IMG/VR virus record: IMGVR_UViG_3300020451_002162
Coordinates: 1-64,000 of that record
DNA: 64,000 bases
Strand: one strand, 5' to 3'
Origin: a virus
The first letter of the stretch is position 1, and the number at the start of each line of letters is the position of its first letter. The notes beneath the pieces are model-generated. The model saw only the letters and a list, made by a program, of their open reading frames with translations. It searched no databases and was not told where the DNA came from. A program made the position numbers and the translations under genes. Of the stretch, positions 18,227-27,570 are shown piece by piece.

Positions 18227-18951
18227 TATTATCTTGGCAACAAATACCTTCAGCTACTATATCTGAAATTATGTGTAAAGGTTTTGATGGTGTTGTGCTT
18301 GATACAGAGCATGGCTCTTTTAATCCTGAAACTATTAATAATTGTATTCAAGTAATTAAATTAGCCGGAAAAAAGGCTTTTGTTAGATTGACAGAAGTTT
18401 CGCCTACTGATATCAGGTCATGTCTTGATTCTGGTTGTGATGGTCTTATCTTTTCTACCGTAGAAACTGTTGAACAATGCGAAGCAATTAAAAATTGTTG
18501 CTACTTCCCTCCAAAAGGAAAGAGGGGTCTTGGACTATCAAGAGAAAATATGTGGGGAGAAAAAAGTCAATTAGTAAGTAGTGGGCCAATTATTGTTCCT
18601 CAGATAGAATCTAAGTTAGGTATTGAAAATATAGAAAAAATTAAAAGCTATGGATTTGACTTTCATCTGATTGGTCCATATGATTTATCTTTAAGTTTAG
18701 AAATACCTGGTGATTTTAAACACGAAAAATTTCAACAAGCTATTAAGACTATGAGAGATAGTATTCCTAATGATAAAATGGCCATACATATTCCTAAGGA
18801 TCTTGACGCTTGGAATTTGTGGCAGTCCGAAATGGAAGAATGGTTGAACTATTCAGATTATGGAATGCTATGCATAGGTATGGATACTATAGCTATCTTC
18901 CAGTATAATAAAGTAAATTTATCTAAAGTCAAAAAGAACGCTGGTCGATAG
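18223..18951 (+). CDS. HpcH/HpaI class II pyruvate aldolase
   Basis: VLDTEHG, FVR, LDSG, YFPPKGKRG, QIES, IGPYDLS; start moved to MILSW. Confidence 0.9.
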   Translation: MILSWQQIPSATISEIMCKGFDGVVLDTEHGSFNPETINNCIQVIKLAGKKAFVRLTEVSPTDIRSCLDSGCDGLIFSTVETVEQCEAIKNCCYFPPKGKRGLGLSRENMWGEKSQLVSSGPIIVPQIESKLGIENIEKIKSYGFDFHLIGPYDLSLSLEIPGDFKHEKFQQAIKTMRDSIPNDKMAIHIPKDLDAWNLWQSEMEEWLNYSDYGMLCIGMDTIAIFQYNKVNLSKVKKNAGR

Positions 18952-18970
18952 AATAATATAGAAACTTCTC

Positions 18971-18999
18971 TTGACTTTGCAGCATCCTTGCTGTATAAT
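18971..18999 (+). promoter_or_regulatory. near-consensus sigma70 promoter
   Basis: TTGACT-17 nt-TATAAT in an intergenic gap. Confidence 0.8.
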
Positions 19000-19018
19000 A
19001 TCTTATAAAGGGTGTTAC

Positions 19019-19144
19019 ATGTTAGAAATTTGTATTATTATTGCTATGTTTGCTGGGTTTTTCGATGGCCTCAAGAAGTTAAAATCTCCGCCAAAGATAA
19101 AGTCTTCCAACAATCTTATAGAGTATTTATTTATAGACTACTAA
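19019..19144 (+). CDS. small membrane-anchored hypothetical protein (41 aa)
   Basis: MLEICIIIAMFAGFFDGLKK...; TAATG overlap with next gene. Confidence 0.55.
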   Translation: MLEICIIIAMFAGFFDGLKKLKSPPKIKSSNNLIEYLFIDY

Positions 19145-19674
19145 TGAATAGACTAAAAAATCAAAGAGTTTATTTGGCTGGTGCAATAGACCGCGTTTAC
19201 GACAAGGGTAGGGGTTGGAGAGAAGAGATATCTCCTTTTCTAGAATCTCTAGGAGTTGTAGTATTTAATCCTATTACGAAACCAACAGAAATAGGTTTAG
19301 AAGATAGCGACACACATTTAGTAAAGTCTAAATTAAAAAAGAATAAGAGATATGATGAACTAAGCTCAATGATGAAGATTATTAGGTCGGTAGATCTTAG
19401 ATTGGTAGACATAAGTGATTTTTTGATTGTAAACCTAGATTTAGATATTCATCCGTGTGGTACTTACGAAGAAATTTTTTGGGCGAATAGACAGAAGAAA
19501 CCTATTATAATACATATGGTACAGGGTAAAGAGCATGCTCCTGATTGGCTTTTTGGTACAGTGCCTCATCAAATGATATATTCTGATTGGAACGATATTT
19601 ATGGCTATCTAGAACACATAAACTCTTCTGAAAACATTAACACTTACAATAGATGGTATTTTTTTAATATATAA
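19144..19674 (+). CDS. nucleoside 2-deoxyribosyltransferase-like protein
   Basis: VYLAG, WR, VFNP, DLRLVDISD, GTYEE; start moved to MNRLK. Confidence 0.8.
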   Translation: MNRLKNQRVYLAGAIDRVYDKGRGWREEISPFLESLGVVVFNPITKPTEIGLEDSDTHLVKSKLKKNKRYDELSSMMKIIRSVDLRLVDISDFLIVNLDLDIHPCGTYEEIFWANRQKKPIIIHMVQGKEHAPDWLFGTVPHQMIYSDWNDIYGYLEHINSSENINTYNRWYFFNI

Positions 19675-19677
19675 ATT

Positions 19678-20259
19678 ATGAAACATGTAACTAATCAAGA
19701 AGTATACAACTATATTTACAGATATCCAACAGATGAGTTATCTCTAAATGCTTTTAGAAATATTGATAAGAAAAACTTTAGCGCAGAGAATAATGAGGAA
19801 TGGGAAGAATGTAAACAGTTTATAGATAAACATTTACCATGTGCTCTTTGTCCACAACCATATGTTAGACACCCTTTGTATGCTTTATCTCCAGCATCTG
19901 TAGCAGGTAGGAGACAGTACTGTGTTCTTGATTTTAAAACTGAGAACGACAAAATTATTTTACTTGGAGATACGATATATAACGGTAGCGATATGTCTAA
20001 ACAGCTTATAGACTATATTATTAGTCCAGAAGGAGAATTAATTCTTGGAAGAAAACATTTTTGGCTAACTGTAGAAGCAGGACTTACATTTGTACACGGC
20101 GCTGGTCGAGTAATTATAGCACAGGATGGTGAAATTTCCTATATAGATAACCACTCTGGTCATTTTCAGCCTGATCTATCTAAATTTAGGAAAAGTTTAA
20201 AAACTTTATCTCATCTAAAGATAAGAGAAATTAACGAGTGGCATTATGAAAATATCTGA
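19678..20259 (+). CDS. hypothetical protein with H..AG..N.SGHF.P motif (Ntox43/IQM-like)
   Basis: RKHFWL..VHGAGRV..GEISYIDNHSGHFQP. Confidence 0.5.
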   Translation: MKHVTNQEVYNYIYRYPTDELSLNAFRNIDKKNFSAENNEEWEECKQFIDKHLPCALCPQPYVRHPLYALSPASVAGRRQYCVLDFKTENDKIILLGDTIYNGSDMSKQLIDYIISPEGELILGRKHFWLTVEAGLTFVHGAGRVIIAQDGEISYIDNHSGHFQPDLSKFRKSLKTLSHLKIREINEWHYENI

Positions 20260-21280
20260 AGACACAAAATTAGATTTTAGCGATGTTTTAATTAGACCCA
20301 AAAGATCTAATATATCTAGTAGATCACAAGTAGAACTAAATAGAGTATTTAGATTTCCTCACTCTACTAGAGAACTTAATTGTGTACCTATTATGGCAGC
20401 AAATATGGACACAACAGGCTCTATTTCAATGAACAAGGTATTATCCGGATTTGATTGCATAACCTGTCTACACAAACACTATAAAGCTAAAAAACTCCTT
20501 GATCATTTTGAATTTCCTAGACAGTATGCTTTTTATTCTATGGGTATATCTGAACCTGATATGGAAAAACTAACTTCTGTATATGATAAATTACAAAAGA
20601 AACCTAATTTATGTATTGATGTGGCTAATGGGTACAACGAAAAATTTGTGTCAACGATTAAAAAGATTAGAGAATGGTATCCTGATATTATTATTATGGC
20701 AGGAAACGTGGTGACTCCAGAAATGACAGAAGAACTAATATTTCATGGAGGTGTTGATATAGTTAAGATCGGTATAGGGTCGGGTAGCGTGTGTACCACT
20801 AGACTAAAGACAGGTATTGGCTATCCTCAACTATCTGCTGTAATAGAGTGTGCTGATGCTGCTCACAGCGTAGGAGGTCATGTATGTAGTGATGGTGGAT
20901 GTACTACTCCAGCAGATGTGTGTAAAGCGTTCTGTGCCAATGCTGACTTTGTAATGTTGGGAGGCATGTTAGCGGGTACCGACTGCTGTGATGGAGAATG
21001 GATTTGTAACAACAACAAAGAAAAAGAATCCCTAAAATTTTACGGCATGAGCAGTAAACAGGCTATGGAAAAACACAGCGGAGGCGTAGCAAACTATAGA
21101 ACCAGCGAAGGTAAGTGTGTCACCATACCATATAAAGGCAAAACGTCAGATACAATTCAAGATATTCTAGGTGGATTAAGAAGTTGTTGCACATATATTG
21201 GAGCAAAAACTCTAAAGGATATGGGCAAAAATACTACATTTATAAAAGTAAACAATACTCACAATAAGGTTTTTTCATGA
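20246..21280 (+). CDS. guaC: GMP reductase
   Basis: LDFSDVLIRPKRS, AANMD, IDVANGY, KIGIGSGSVCTTR, SDGG, FYGMSS, SEGK. Confidence 0.95.
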   Translation: MKISEDTKLDFSDVLIRPKRSNISSRSQVELNRVFRFPHSTRELNCVPIMAANMDTTGSISMNKVLSGFDCITCLHKHYKAKKLLDHFEFPRQYAFYSMGISEPDMEKLTSVYDKLQKKPNLCIDVANGYNEKFVSTIKKIREWYPDIIIMAGNVVTPEMTEELIFHGGVDIVKIGIGSGSVCTTRLKTGIGYPQLSAVIECADAAHSVGGHVCSDGGCTTPADVCKAFCANADFVMLGGMLAGTDCCDGEWICNNNKEKESLKFYGMSSKQAMEKHSGGVANYRTSEGKCVTIPYKGKTSDTIQDILGGLRSCCTYIGAKTLKDMGKNTTFIKVNNTHNKVFS

Positions 21281-22335
21281 ATATGCATGTTATGGCTCCG
21301 ATTGCACAAACAGGTTATGGCTATGTTAGTATGAATATTATCAAGTCTTTAGTCAAACACAATCATAATGTCTCTTTAACTCCTATTGGAGGTTCTATAG
21401 GAGCTGAGTCTCAAGAAGAGTTTGAATTATACAAAAGCTGCTATGAAAAATTGCCAGACTATAATGAGTCAGTACTCAAGATATGGCATCAATTCGATCT
21501 AATGCAAACAGTGGGACGAGGTAAATATTTTGCATTACCTTTTTTTGAGGTAGACACCTTTAATAAAAGAGAACAATATCACTTAAATTTTCCTGACGAA
21601 CTTATTGTATCCTGTCAGTGGGCTAAAGATGTTATACAGAACAACAATGTAACCAAACCAATACATGTCGTGCCTATGGGAGTAGACACAACTGTGTTTA
21701 GACCGATGCCTAAGCAAGACTCATCAGACAAATACGTATTTGCTACAGTAGGTAAATGGGAAAAAAGAAAATGTCACGATACTATTATTGATTGTTTTAG
21801 TAAAGCGTTTTCGTCAGAAGACAATGTCGAACTATGGCTATTAACCCAAAACCCGTTCCTGTCTCCAGAAGCAGAAAAGTTTTGGTTGGACAAGGTCGCA
21901 GAGAGTCCTTTAAGAGATAAAATACAAGTGTATAAAAAATTAGAAACGCACGAAGCTGTTGCTCGTTTTATGTCCCAAACAGATTGTGGAATATATTTGT
22001 CTCGCGGAGAAGGTTGGAATATGGAATTGTTAGAAGCAATGGCGGTAGATAAGCCTGTTATTGCTACCAATTTTTCTGCTCATACAGAATATTGCAATAG
22101 TGATAATTCTATGCTTGTGGAAATAGACGAGTTAGAAGAAGCTAGTGATGGTAAATGGTTTTTTGGAGGATCTAAATGGGCCAAAATAGGACAGAATCAA
22201 ATAGATCAAACTGTTGATCACATGAGAAGGTGCTATAAAGAACGCATTAAAACAAATGAATCTGGCTTAAATACAGCTAGATCATTAACGTGGTCAAATA
22301 CCTCAGAGCAAATTGCTAAAATCATGCAAGCCTAA
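21277..22335 (+). CDS. GT4 family glycosyltransferase
   Basis: TGYG, PMGVDTTVF, VGKWEKRK, SRGEGWNMELLEAMA. Confidence 0.9.
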   Translation: MNMHVMAPIAQTGYGYVSMNIIKSLVKHNHNVSLTPIGGSIGAESQEEFELYKSCYEKLPDYNESVLKIWHQFDLMQTVGRGKYFALPFFEVDTFNKREQYHLNFPDELIVSCQWAKDVIQNNNVTKPIHVVPMGVDTTVFRPMPKQDSSDKYVFATVGKWEKRKCHDTIIDCFSKAFSSEDNVELWLLTQNPFLSPEAEKFWLDKVAESPLRDKIQVYKKLETHEAVARFMSQTDCGIYLSRGEGWNMELLEAMAVDKPVIATNFSAHTEYCNSDNSMLVEIDELEEASDGKWFFGGSKWAKIGQNQIDQTVDHMRRCYKERIKTNESGLNTARSLTWSNTSEQIAKIMQA

Positions 22336-22336
22336 A

Positions 22337-22370
22337 GTGAGCTCGGTGTATATTATAATATAGAGCTTAC
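22337..22370 (+). promoter_or_regulatory. GGTGTAT motif in the loop of an inverted repeat; putative phage promoter
   Basis: gtgagctc-GGTGTATATTATAATATA-gagcttac; motif 44 nt before ATG 22389. Confidence 0.55.
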
Positions 22371-22388
22371 CAAAATTTAGGAGATATT

Positions 22389-22907
22389 ATGCCTCTGCCA
22401 TCTAGAAAAGATTCGCAAAATAAGAACGACTTTATGCAACAATGCATGGGCGATCCGAAGATGAAGAAAGAATTTACAGAAACCAAACAAAGGTTAGCTG
22501 TTTGTGTTAGGCAATCTCAAGCTTCTGATGATATGTTGGTTGAGAGAGTATGTGATCAACTGTACTATATGAGCGCCTGCTGGGATGAAGAATGGAATGA
22601 ATTTACACAAGACGTTATCTTAGCTGGAGTAGAAGTTATTGATGAAGAAGGAAAGAGTCTAGGAGCAGAATATCAAGGTCGCAAAGTAACTCTTAACAAG
22701 CCCTTCTTGACCCCCAAAGGTCCAAAAAAAAGAAGTGTTTATGTAAAGAATGAAAAGGGTAATGTGGTTAAAGTAAACTTTGGTGATCCAAATATGAGGA
22801 TCAAGAAGTCAGATCCTGCCAGACGTAAGAGTTTTAGAGCAAGACACAACTGTGACAACCCCGGACCAAAATGGAAGGCCAGATATTGGTCTTGCAAAGC
22901 GTGGTAA
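22389..22907 (+). CDS. conserved phage hypothetical protein (DUF6321-like C-terminus)
   Basis: FGDPNMRIKKSDPARRKSFRARHNC...ARYWSC, a segment I recognise from large phages. Confidence 0.65.
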   Translation: MPLPSRKDSQNKNDFMQQCMGDPKMKKEFTETKQRLAVCVRQSQASDDMLVERVCDQLYYMSACWDEEWNEFTQDVILAGVEVIDEEGKSLGAEYQGRKVTLNKPFLTPKGPKKRSVYVKNEKGNVVKVNFGDPNMRIKKSDPARRKSFRARHNCDNPGPKWKARYWSCKAW

Positions 22908-22913
22908 AAAATA

Positions 22914-23582
22914 ATGTCAGACATTCTTAAACATACTATAGATCTATTCGAACTTGATTCAATACAGTATGCTCAAGGTTTTGAGTATTATAATTCTGTA
23001 TATAAGGTAGTAGATTTTTTTGAATTAGGCAACTTAGACTTATTTTCTATAGTACAATCTCCACCAAAAAACTCTAGTGAAACAACACAACAAGAACTAC
23101 AAGAAATATCTAGGTTAACAAAAAATAGAACAAAAGAAGAAGAGATGTTGGTTTATTCTGTAGATTTAAACTCTATAGCTTTGCACTTAGAAGCTGTTGA
23201 GGAATTAGGAATAGAATTTGATTACAAAGCATATAATACTTTATATCCTGCGGTTTCTGAAATGATAGATCATCTAAAATATTTTTATAACAGAGCAAGA
23301 CCTTTTCAAATAGCCGACAAGCTATCTATCGACATTAATAGAATTATCACTAAAACCCACCACACCCCATCATATCCTAGTGGTCATACAATGTCTGCTG
23401 TACTAGCCTCTAAAATTTTAACAGATAAATATCCCGAACATGAATCTAAATTTAACGAAATAGCTGAAAAATGTGGACATGCAAGAGTATTACAAGGAGT
23501 TCACTATCATTCAGACAATGTCGCAAGTATTAAAATTATCAATAACATATACCCTATAATTAAAAAGTATTTTACGGAGTAA
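22914..23582 (+). CDS. PAP2 superfamily phosphatase
   Basis: K-X6-RP (KYFYNRARP), PSYPSGH, RVLQGVHYHSD. Confidence 0.9.
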   Translation: MSDILKHTIDLFELDSIQYAQGFEYYNSVYKVVDFFELGNLDLFSIVQSPPKNSSETTQQELQEISRLTKNRTKEEEMLVYSVDLNSIALHLEAVEELGIEFDYKAYNTLYPAVSEMIDHLKYFYNRARPFQIADKLSIDINRIITKTHHTPSYPSGHTMSAVLASKILTDKYPEHESKFNEIAEKCGHARVLQGVHYHSDNVASIKIINNIYPIIKKYFTE

Positions 23583-23588
23583 TCTTCA

Positions 23589-24032
23589 ATGAACTACAAA
23601 GAAATCTTAAACAATATACAGAATCAAATATCTGAGAATAACACAGAAGAAAATGTCAAAGATTCCAAATTACAAGAGTATAAAAAAGATTTTTTAGATA
23701 TGAATATAGGGTCTTTAAATGCGATAATGAATCATGCTAAATCCATACTAGAGTCTTTGAATGACGAATCTATAAAAGAAAACTTGACAGAGAGCTGGTT
23801 ACAGGGTAAAATTGCAGTAACAGAAGATTACATGCGAACAATTCATGATTTTGTAAAGTATGCGTCTTCAAATGACGATGATACTAAAGCGACCAATCGA
23901 CCTGGATTATGGGAAAACATTAGGAGAAAGAAACAAAGGGAAGGAGACAACTATAAACCAGCCAAACCCGGCGATCCAGACAGACCAACGCCAGAGCAAC
24001 TTAAAAGGGCTCAAAAGAAAAAGAAAAAATAA
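23589..24032 (+). CDS. phage hypothetical protein
   Basis: WLQGKI..DY, GLWENIRRKK..PGDPDRP, basic tail. Confidence 0.6.
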   Translation: MNYKEILNNIQNQISENNTEENVKDSKLQEYKKDFLDMNIGSLNAIMNHAKSILESLNDESIKENLTESWLQGKIAVTEDYMRTIHDFVKYASSNDDDTKATNRPGLWENIRRKKQREGDNYKPAKPGDPDRPTPEQLKRAQKKKKK

Positions 24033-24070
24033 CTTATAACTATATTTAATTTAAAAAGGATTTAAAAAGG

Positions 24071-24661
24071 ATGGATAAACAATTTGACTCTTTGGACACC
24101 TATATACAATTAGCCAAAAAAACTATTTCCAAGTTTGCTCCCAAATTTTATAATGGACTAGCTGCTGAAATGCTTTCTAATGAAGATGCTATTTCTGACA
24201 TAGCTACAGCTATTATGTCTGCTGATTGGAAATTTGATTCAAATAGGGTTGGTCCGACAGGACTAAAGAAAACTCAATATTCTTATAGAAACCAGTGCGT
24301 TATTTGGGCTATGAAGACTTATGTAACACATAAATATAAACAAAAAACACATTCTAGTTTGGATTTTGATATTGGAGATAAAGATAGTCTTTCCAAAACA
24401 ATCGCTGACGATAAAAGTTCTAATCCTTTAGACATTATCATGGAGCAAGAAGAAAAAGATAATCTAAAACAAAATTTAAAAGATATTCTAGAGTCTGATA
24501 TTTTAAACGACAAGCAAAGAAATCAGATTAAAATGTATTATTATGAAAATAAAACACTTTCTCAAATCGGTAAAGTATTTGGTGTTTCCAGAGAAGCTGT
24601 GCGTCAAAACATTAAACGTGGCTTACAAAATATTAGAAAATTAGAAAAATGTTATTGCTAA
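24071..24661 (+). CDS. phage sigma70-family sigma factor
   Basis: Region 2-like ..WKFD..YSY..W; region 4 HTH TLSQIGKVFGVSREAVRQ. Confidence 0.85.
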   Translation: MDKQFDSLDTYIQLAKKTISKFAPKFYNGLAAEMLSNEDAISDIATAIMSADWKFDSNRVGPTGLKKTQYSYRNQCVIWAMKTYVTHKYKQKTHSSLDFDIGDKDSLSKTIADDKSSNPLDIIMEQEEKDNLKQNLKDILESDILNDKQRNQIKMYYYENKTLSQIGKVFGVSREAVRQNIKRGLQNIRKLEKCYC

Positions 24662-25071
24662 TAAAAAGTATATATAATTATATTAAGAGTATATTTGGTT
24701 CTAAAAATATATCTATCAACAATAATCATTCAAATGGCGTTTCTTTTTATATAGACTCCAAAAACCATATTATGATGAATGTAGATATAAACGATCCCGA
24801 TACACTATCTTTAGATGAATTAACTGACAATGCAGAAAAAACAGCAATAATAATTACTTCGATTATCAACGGAGATATTAATGATCAAATATTAACATTT
24901 ATTAAAAAGTCGTCTAAAACAATAGAGACTAGCGCTAATACAAATCTATTCTTCCAGAATGTTTTGTCTTACCATGAGATGCAACAAAAAGAAAAGGTTG
25001 ATAATATCAAAACCAATCTCTATGATAAAGTTGTAATTAGACCATCGGAAGCTTTTAATAGATATGTTTAA
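24649..25071 (+). CDS. hypothetical protein
   Basis: ORF overlapping both neighbours. Confidence 0.6.
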   Translation: MLLLIKSIYNYIKSIFGSKNISINNNHSNGVSFYIDSKNHIMMNVDINDPDTLSLDELTDNAEKTAIIITSIINGDINDQILTFIKKSSKTIETSANTNLFFQNVLSYHEMQQKEKVDNIKTNLYDKVVIRPSEAFNRYV

Positions 25072-25510
25072 TACAGAAGAACTAGATGAGAGAGAAAATA
25101 TAATTGTTTGGGAAAAGTGGGTAGATCCCTATTTGCAGACTATACAAGATTCTGTGCCTACAGGAGACGAAGAGGATGAAGATTTAGAAGAAGAATATTT
25201 AGAAGACGAAGAAGATATAGAAGAATATGGATCTGTAGACAAATTAGGTAAGTTCAGAGCTATTGCAACACCTATGGGTATTATTCCGATTAATGAATCT
25301 ACCGCAAGCGGTAAGATATTTAATTTTTGGGTTGGACATACTAATTTTGATATCACAAATGCTTTAGCTTTAATAATTGAAGAAACAGCAGGAGTAGAAA
25401 CTTTAGATATCTTTACAAGGTATAGGTTTCGTATTGGAATAGGTAAAGCTTTCCATGACTCAAAAGTTATGAGAGACATTAATTCAAGGGTATATGACTA
25501 CTTAATATGA
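25064..25510 (+). CDS. hypothetical acidic protein
   Basis: WEKW.DP, acidic tract, FNFWVGHTNFDIT..TRYRFRIG. Confidence 0.65.
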   Translation: MFNTEELDERENIIVWEKWVDPYLQTIQDSVPTGDEEDEDLEEEYLEDEEDIEEYGSVDKLGKFRAIATPMGIIPINESTASGKIFNFWVGHTNFDITNALALIIEETAGVETLDIFTRYRFRIGIGKAFHDSKVMRDINSRVYDYLI

Positions 25511-26172
25511 CACAGATAAATAACGATTCAGATTTATACAATATACATAATTTGTGTATAGACTCAAAAAGCAGGGAGCTATTCTTGCACTCTAGTTTTG
25601 ATTCAGAAGAAGAATCAGGTGTGGAGTTTAGATCTGCTATAATGTTTGAAAAAAATGTACGATATCTTAATCAAATTTCTCATGAACCTATTTTAGTACA
25701 TATGCATTTACCCGGCGGTGATTGGCAAGATTGCATGGGTATAGTAGATACAATATCTACCTCTGCTTCTAAAATATTTATCCTAGCATATGGAAAAGTT
25801 GAATCTGCTAGTAGCATACTTTTTCAAGCTGCCGATTTAAGAGTGTTAATGCCGAATACTCACATGCTGATTCATTATGGTTCTTTAAGTATAGAAGATG
25901 AACATCGTGCTGCAAAGAGTAGTTTTGAGTGGAGTGAAAAAGAATCTCTAAAAATGATTAACATGTTTACTAGTAGATGTATTGACAGCCCAATAGCTAA
26001 AGAAAGAAATTGGAAAAAACACATTATTAAAAAACATATCATGACACAATTAGATAATAAAAGCGATTGGATACTAGATGCTGAAGAATCTGTATATTAC
26101 GGTTTTGCTGACGGTGTATTAGGAGATAGAAAGTTTACTACGATAGAAAAACTAAAAAGCAGAAAAAGGTAA
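25507..26172 (+). CDS. clpP: ClpP-family serine protease
   Basis: PGGD, VESASSIL (Ser), MLIH (His), DWILDAEESVYYGFAD (Asp region). Confidence 0.8.
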   Translation: MTQINNDSDLYNIHNLCIDSKSRELFLHSSFDSEEESGVEFRSAIMFEKNVRYLNQISHEPILVHMHLPGGDWQDCMGIVDTISTSASKIFILAYGKVESASSILFQAADLRVLMPNTHMLIHYGSLSIEDEHRAAKSSFEWSEKESLKMINMFTSRCIDSPIAKERNWKKHIIKKHIMTQLDNKSDWILDAEESVYYGFADGVLGDRKFTTIEKLKSRKR

Positions 26173-26173
26173 T

Positions 26174-26827
26174 ATGTATATAGAGTATTGTCTATACGAC
26201 AGAACACTCAGCGAAAAAGAAATATCTAAGGAAATAGAAAAAGCCATAGATATGGGGGTAAAAAATTTTTGTTTACTACCTTATTCTCTTTCTTCTTTAA
26301 AAAATACTGGTCTATTAAAAGATATTAATGTCTGCGTACCTCTAGATTATCCTTTTGGGGTGATGGATATTGACGCAAGAAAAGAAGTCGTGACTAATTT
26401 ATTAAAAAAATATAAAATACAAGCATTGGATGTAGTTGCTCCTTCTAAAATATTGTCTAATAATAAATATTCTAAATTCAGAGAAGATATAGATAATGTG
26501 AATCAGACATCAGAGAATTATGGTCTAGATATTAGATATATATTAGAATACAGACTTTTTAACTATGGTGTTTTGTCTAGATGCTGCCAGATTCTATCTG
26601 ACAAAGGTATTGAAACAATTGTTCCTTCTACCGGCAATATGATAGACGATATTCACGATAATATTATTGCTTGCAAGTATCTTGAAAGCAAATCTAAGAT
26701 TAATACCATCTGCAGTGGTAATGTATATCATAATAAACATCTCTCTTTATTGCGAACAAATAATATACAGAAAATTAGAGCATTTAATATTAATACGGTC
26801 AATATGCTTCAAAACTCAAATTTTTGA
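26174..26827 (+). CDS. DeoC-like TIM-barrel protein, catalytic lysines apparently lost
   Basis: CLLP, VCVPLDYPFG, LDVV, YILE, PSTG (cf. KTSTG), CSG. Confidence 0.7.
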   Translation: MYIEYCLYDRTLSEKEISKEIEKAIDMGVKNFCLLPYSLSSLKNTGLLKDINVCVPLDYPFGVMDIDARKEVVTNLLKKYKIQALDVVAPSKILSNNKYSKFREDIDNVNQTSENYGLDIRYILEYRLFNYGVLSRCCQILSDKGIETIVPSTGNMIDDIHDNIIACKYLESKSKINTICSGNVYHNKHLSLLRTNNIQKIRAFNINTVNMLQNSNF

Positions 26828-26849
26828 ATTTTCTTTATATACCAATTAT

Positions 26850-26870
26850 GGTGTAACTTAATTATAAGCA
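26850..26870 (+). promoter_or_regulatory. GGTGTA motif variant; putative phage promoter
   Basis: GGTGTAACTTAATTATAAG, 56 nt before ATG 26906. Confidence 0.45.
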
Positions 26871-26905
26871 ATAGGCCTATTTGCACAACAAACCGGAGAT
26901 ATAAA

Positions 26906-27493
26906 ATGAACTTAGCAGACAACATGAAACAGAATGATGACTCAGCAGTAACTTCTACTAGTACTGTTAATAACGCTGGCACATTTTTAGCTTTTGATAG
27001 CACAAACACCAAAATGGATGCAGTTAGCCCAGCATACGCAAACTATCTTGGAGGTTCAGTTCCAGCTGATACTAACAATCCAAATACAGATCAAGCTTTA
27101 TCTGATGGTAATTTTGCCCATAATAACCAAAATCCAATAGCCAAAGGTTTAACTACAGTTCTTGGTGGTGGAGCAGTAGATAGCAGATTACTATCTGGAG
27201 CTATGCTGACTTACAATGATACTGATTCCATACATGCTGTTGAAAATATCACAAGCACTAGAACTGCTACAGCTATCAGAGCTGGTCAGTTCTTTATTGC
27301 TGGTAGAGATAATGACAGATATAATTTTCATCCAGATCCTACTACAGCTACAGATGCTTTTGGCAACGACAATGCTGCTAGAGTATCTAGAGCAACTCCT
27401 GGTAATTTAGTATACAAACTGGGCGGACCTTCAAGCGGTTCAAACCCTGTTGTAGACAGTTATTACTCGACTGCTGATGAAAAGACTGGCTAA
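26906..27493 (+). CDS. hypothetical protein, probable abundant virion protein
   Basis: Ala/Thr/Gly/Asn-rich; GGAG RBS; apparently monocistronic between the motif and a terminator. Confidence 0.55.
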   Translation: MNLADNMKQNDDSAVTSTSTVNNAGTFLAFDSTNTKMDAVSPAYANYLGGSVPADTNNPNTDQALSDGNFAHNNQNPIAKGLTTVLGGGAVDSRLLSGAMLTYNDTDSIHAVENITSTRTATAIRAGQFFIAGRDNDRYNFHPDPTTATDAFGNDNAARVSRATPGNLVYKLGGPSSGSNPVVDSYYSTADEKTG

Positions 27494-27519
27494 TTTTTAA
27501 ACTTCATAACTTAATGATC

Positions 27520-27554
27520 AAGGACGGTGTATAGTTTATATGCCGTCCTTTTTT
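27520..27554 (+). terminator. intrinsic terminator containing the GGTGTAT motif
   Basis: aaggacggtgtata-gtt-tatatgccgtcctt followed by a T run. Confidence 0.8.
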
Positions 27555-27570
27555 ATTGGAGATACATAAT

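Noticed and set aside
19012-19143. N-terminal extension of the NDT-like ORF from the GTG at 19012
   Set aside because: The extension lacks family motifs, and a separate 41-aa ORF with TAATG coupling occupies this region
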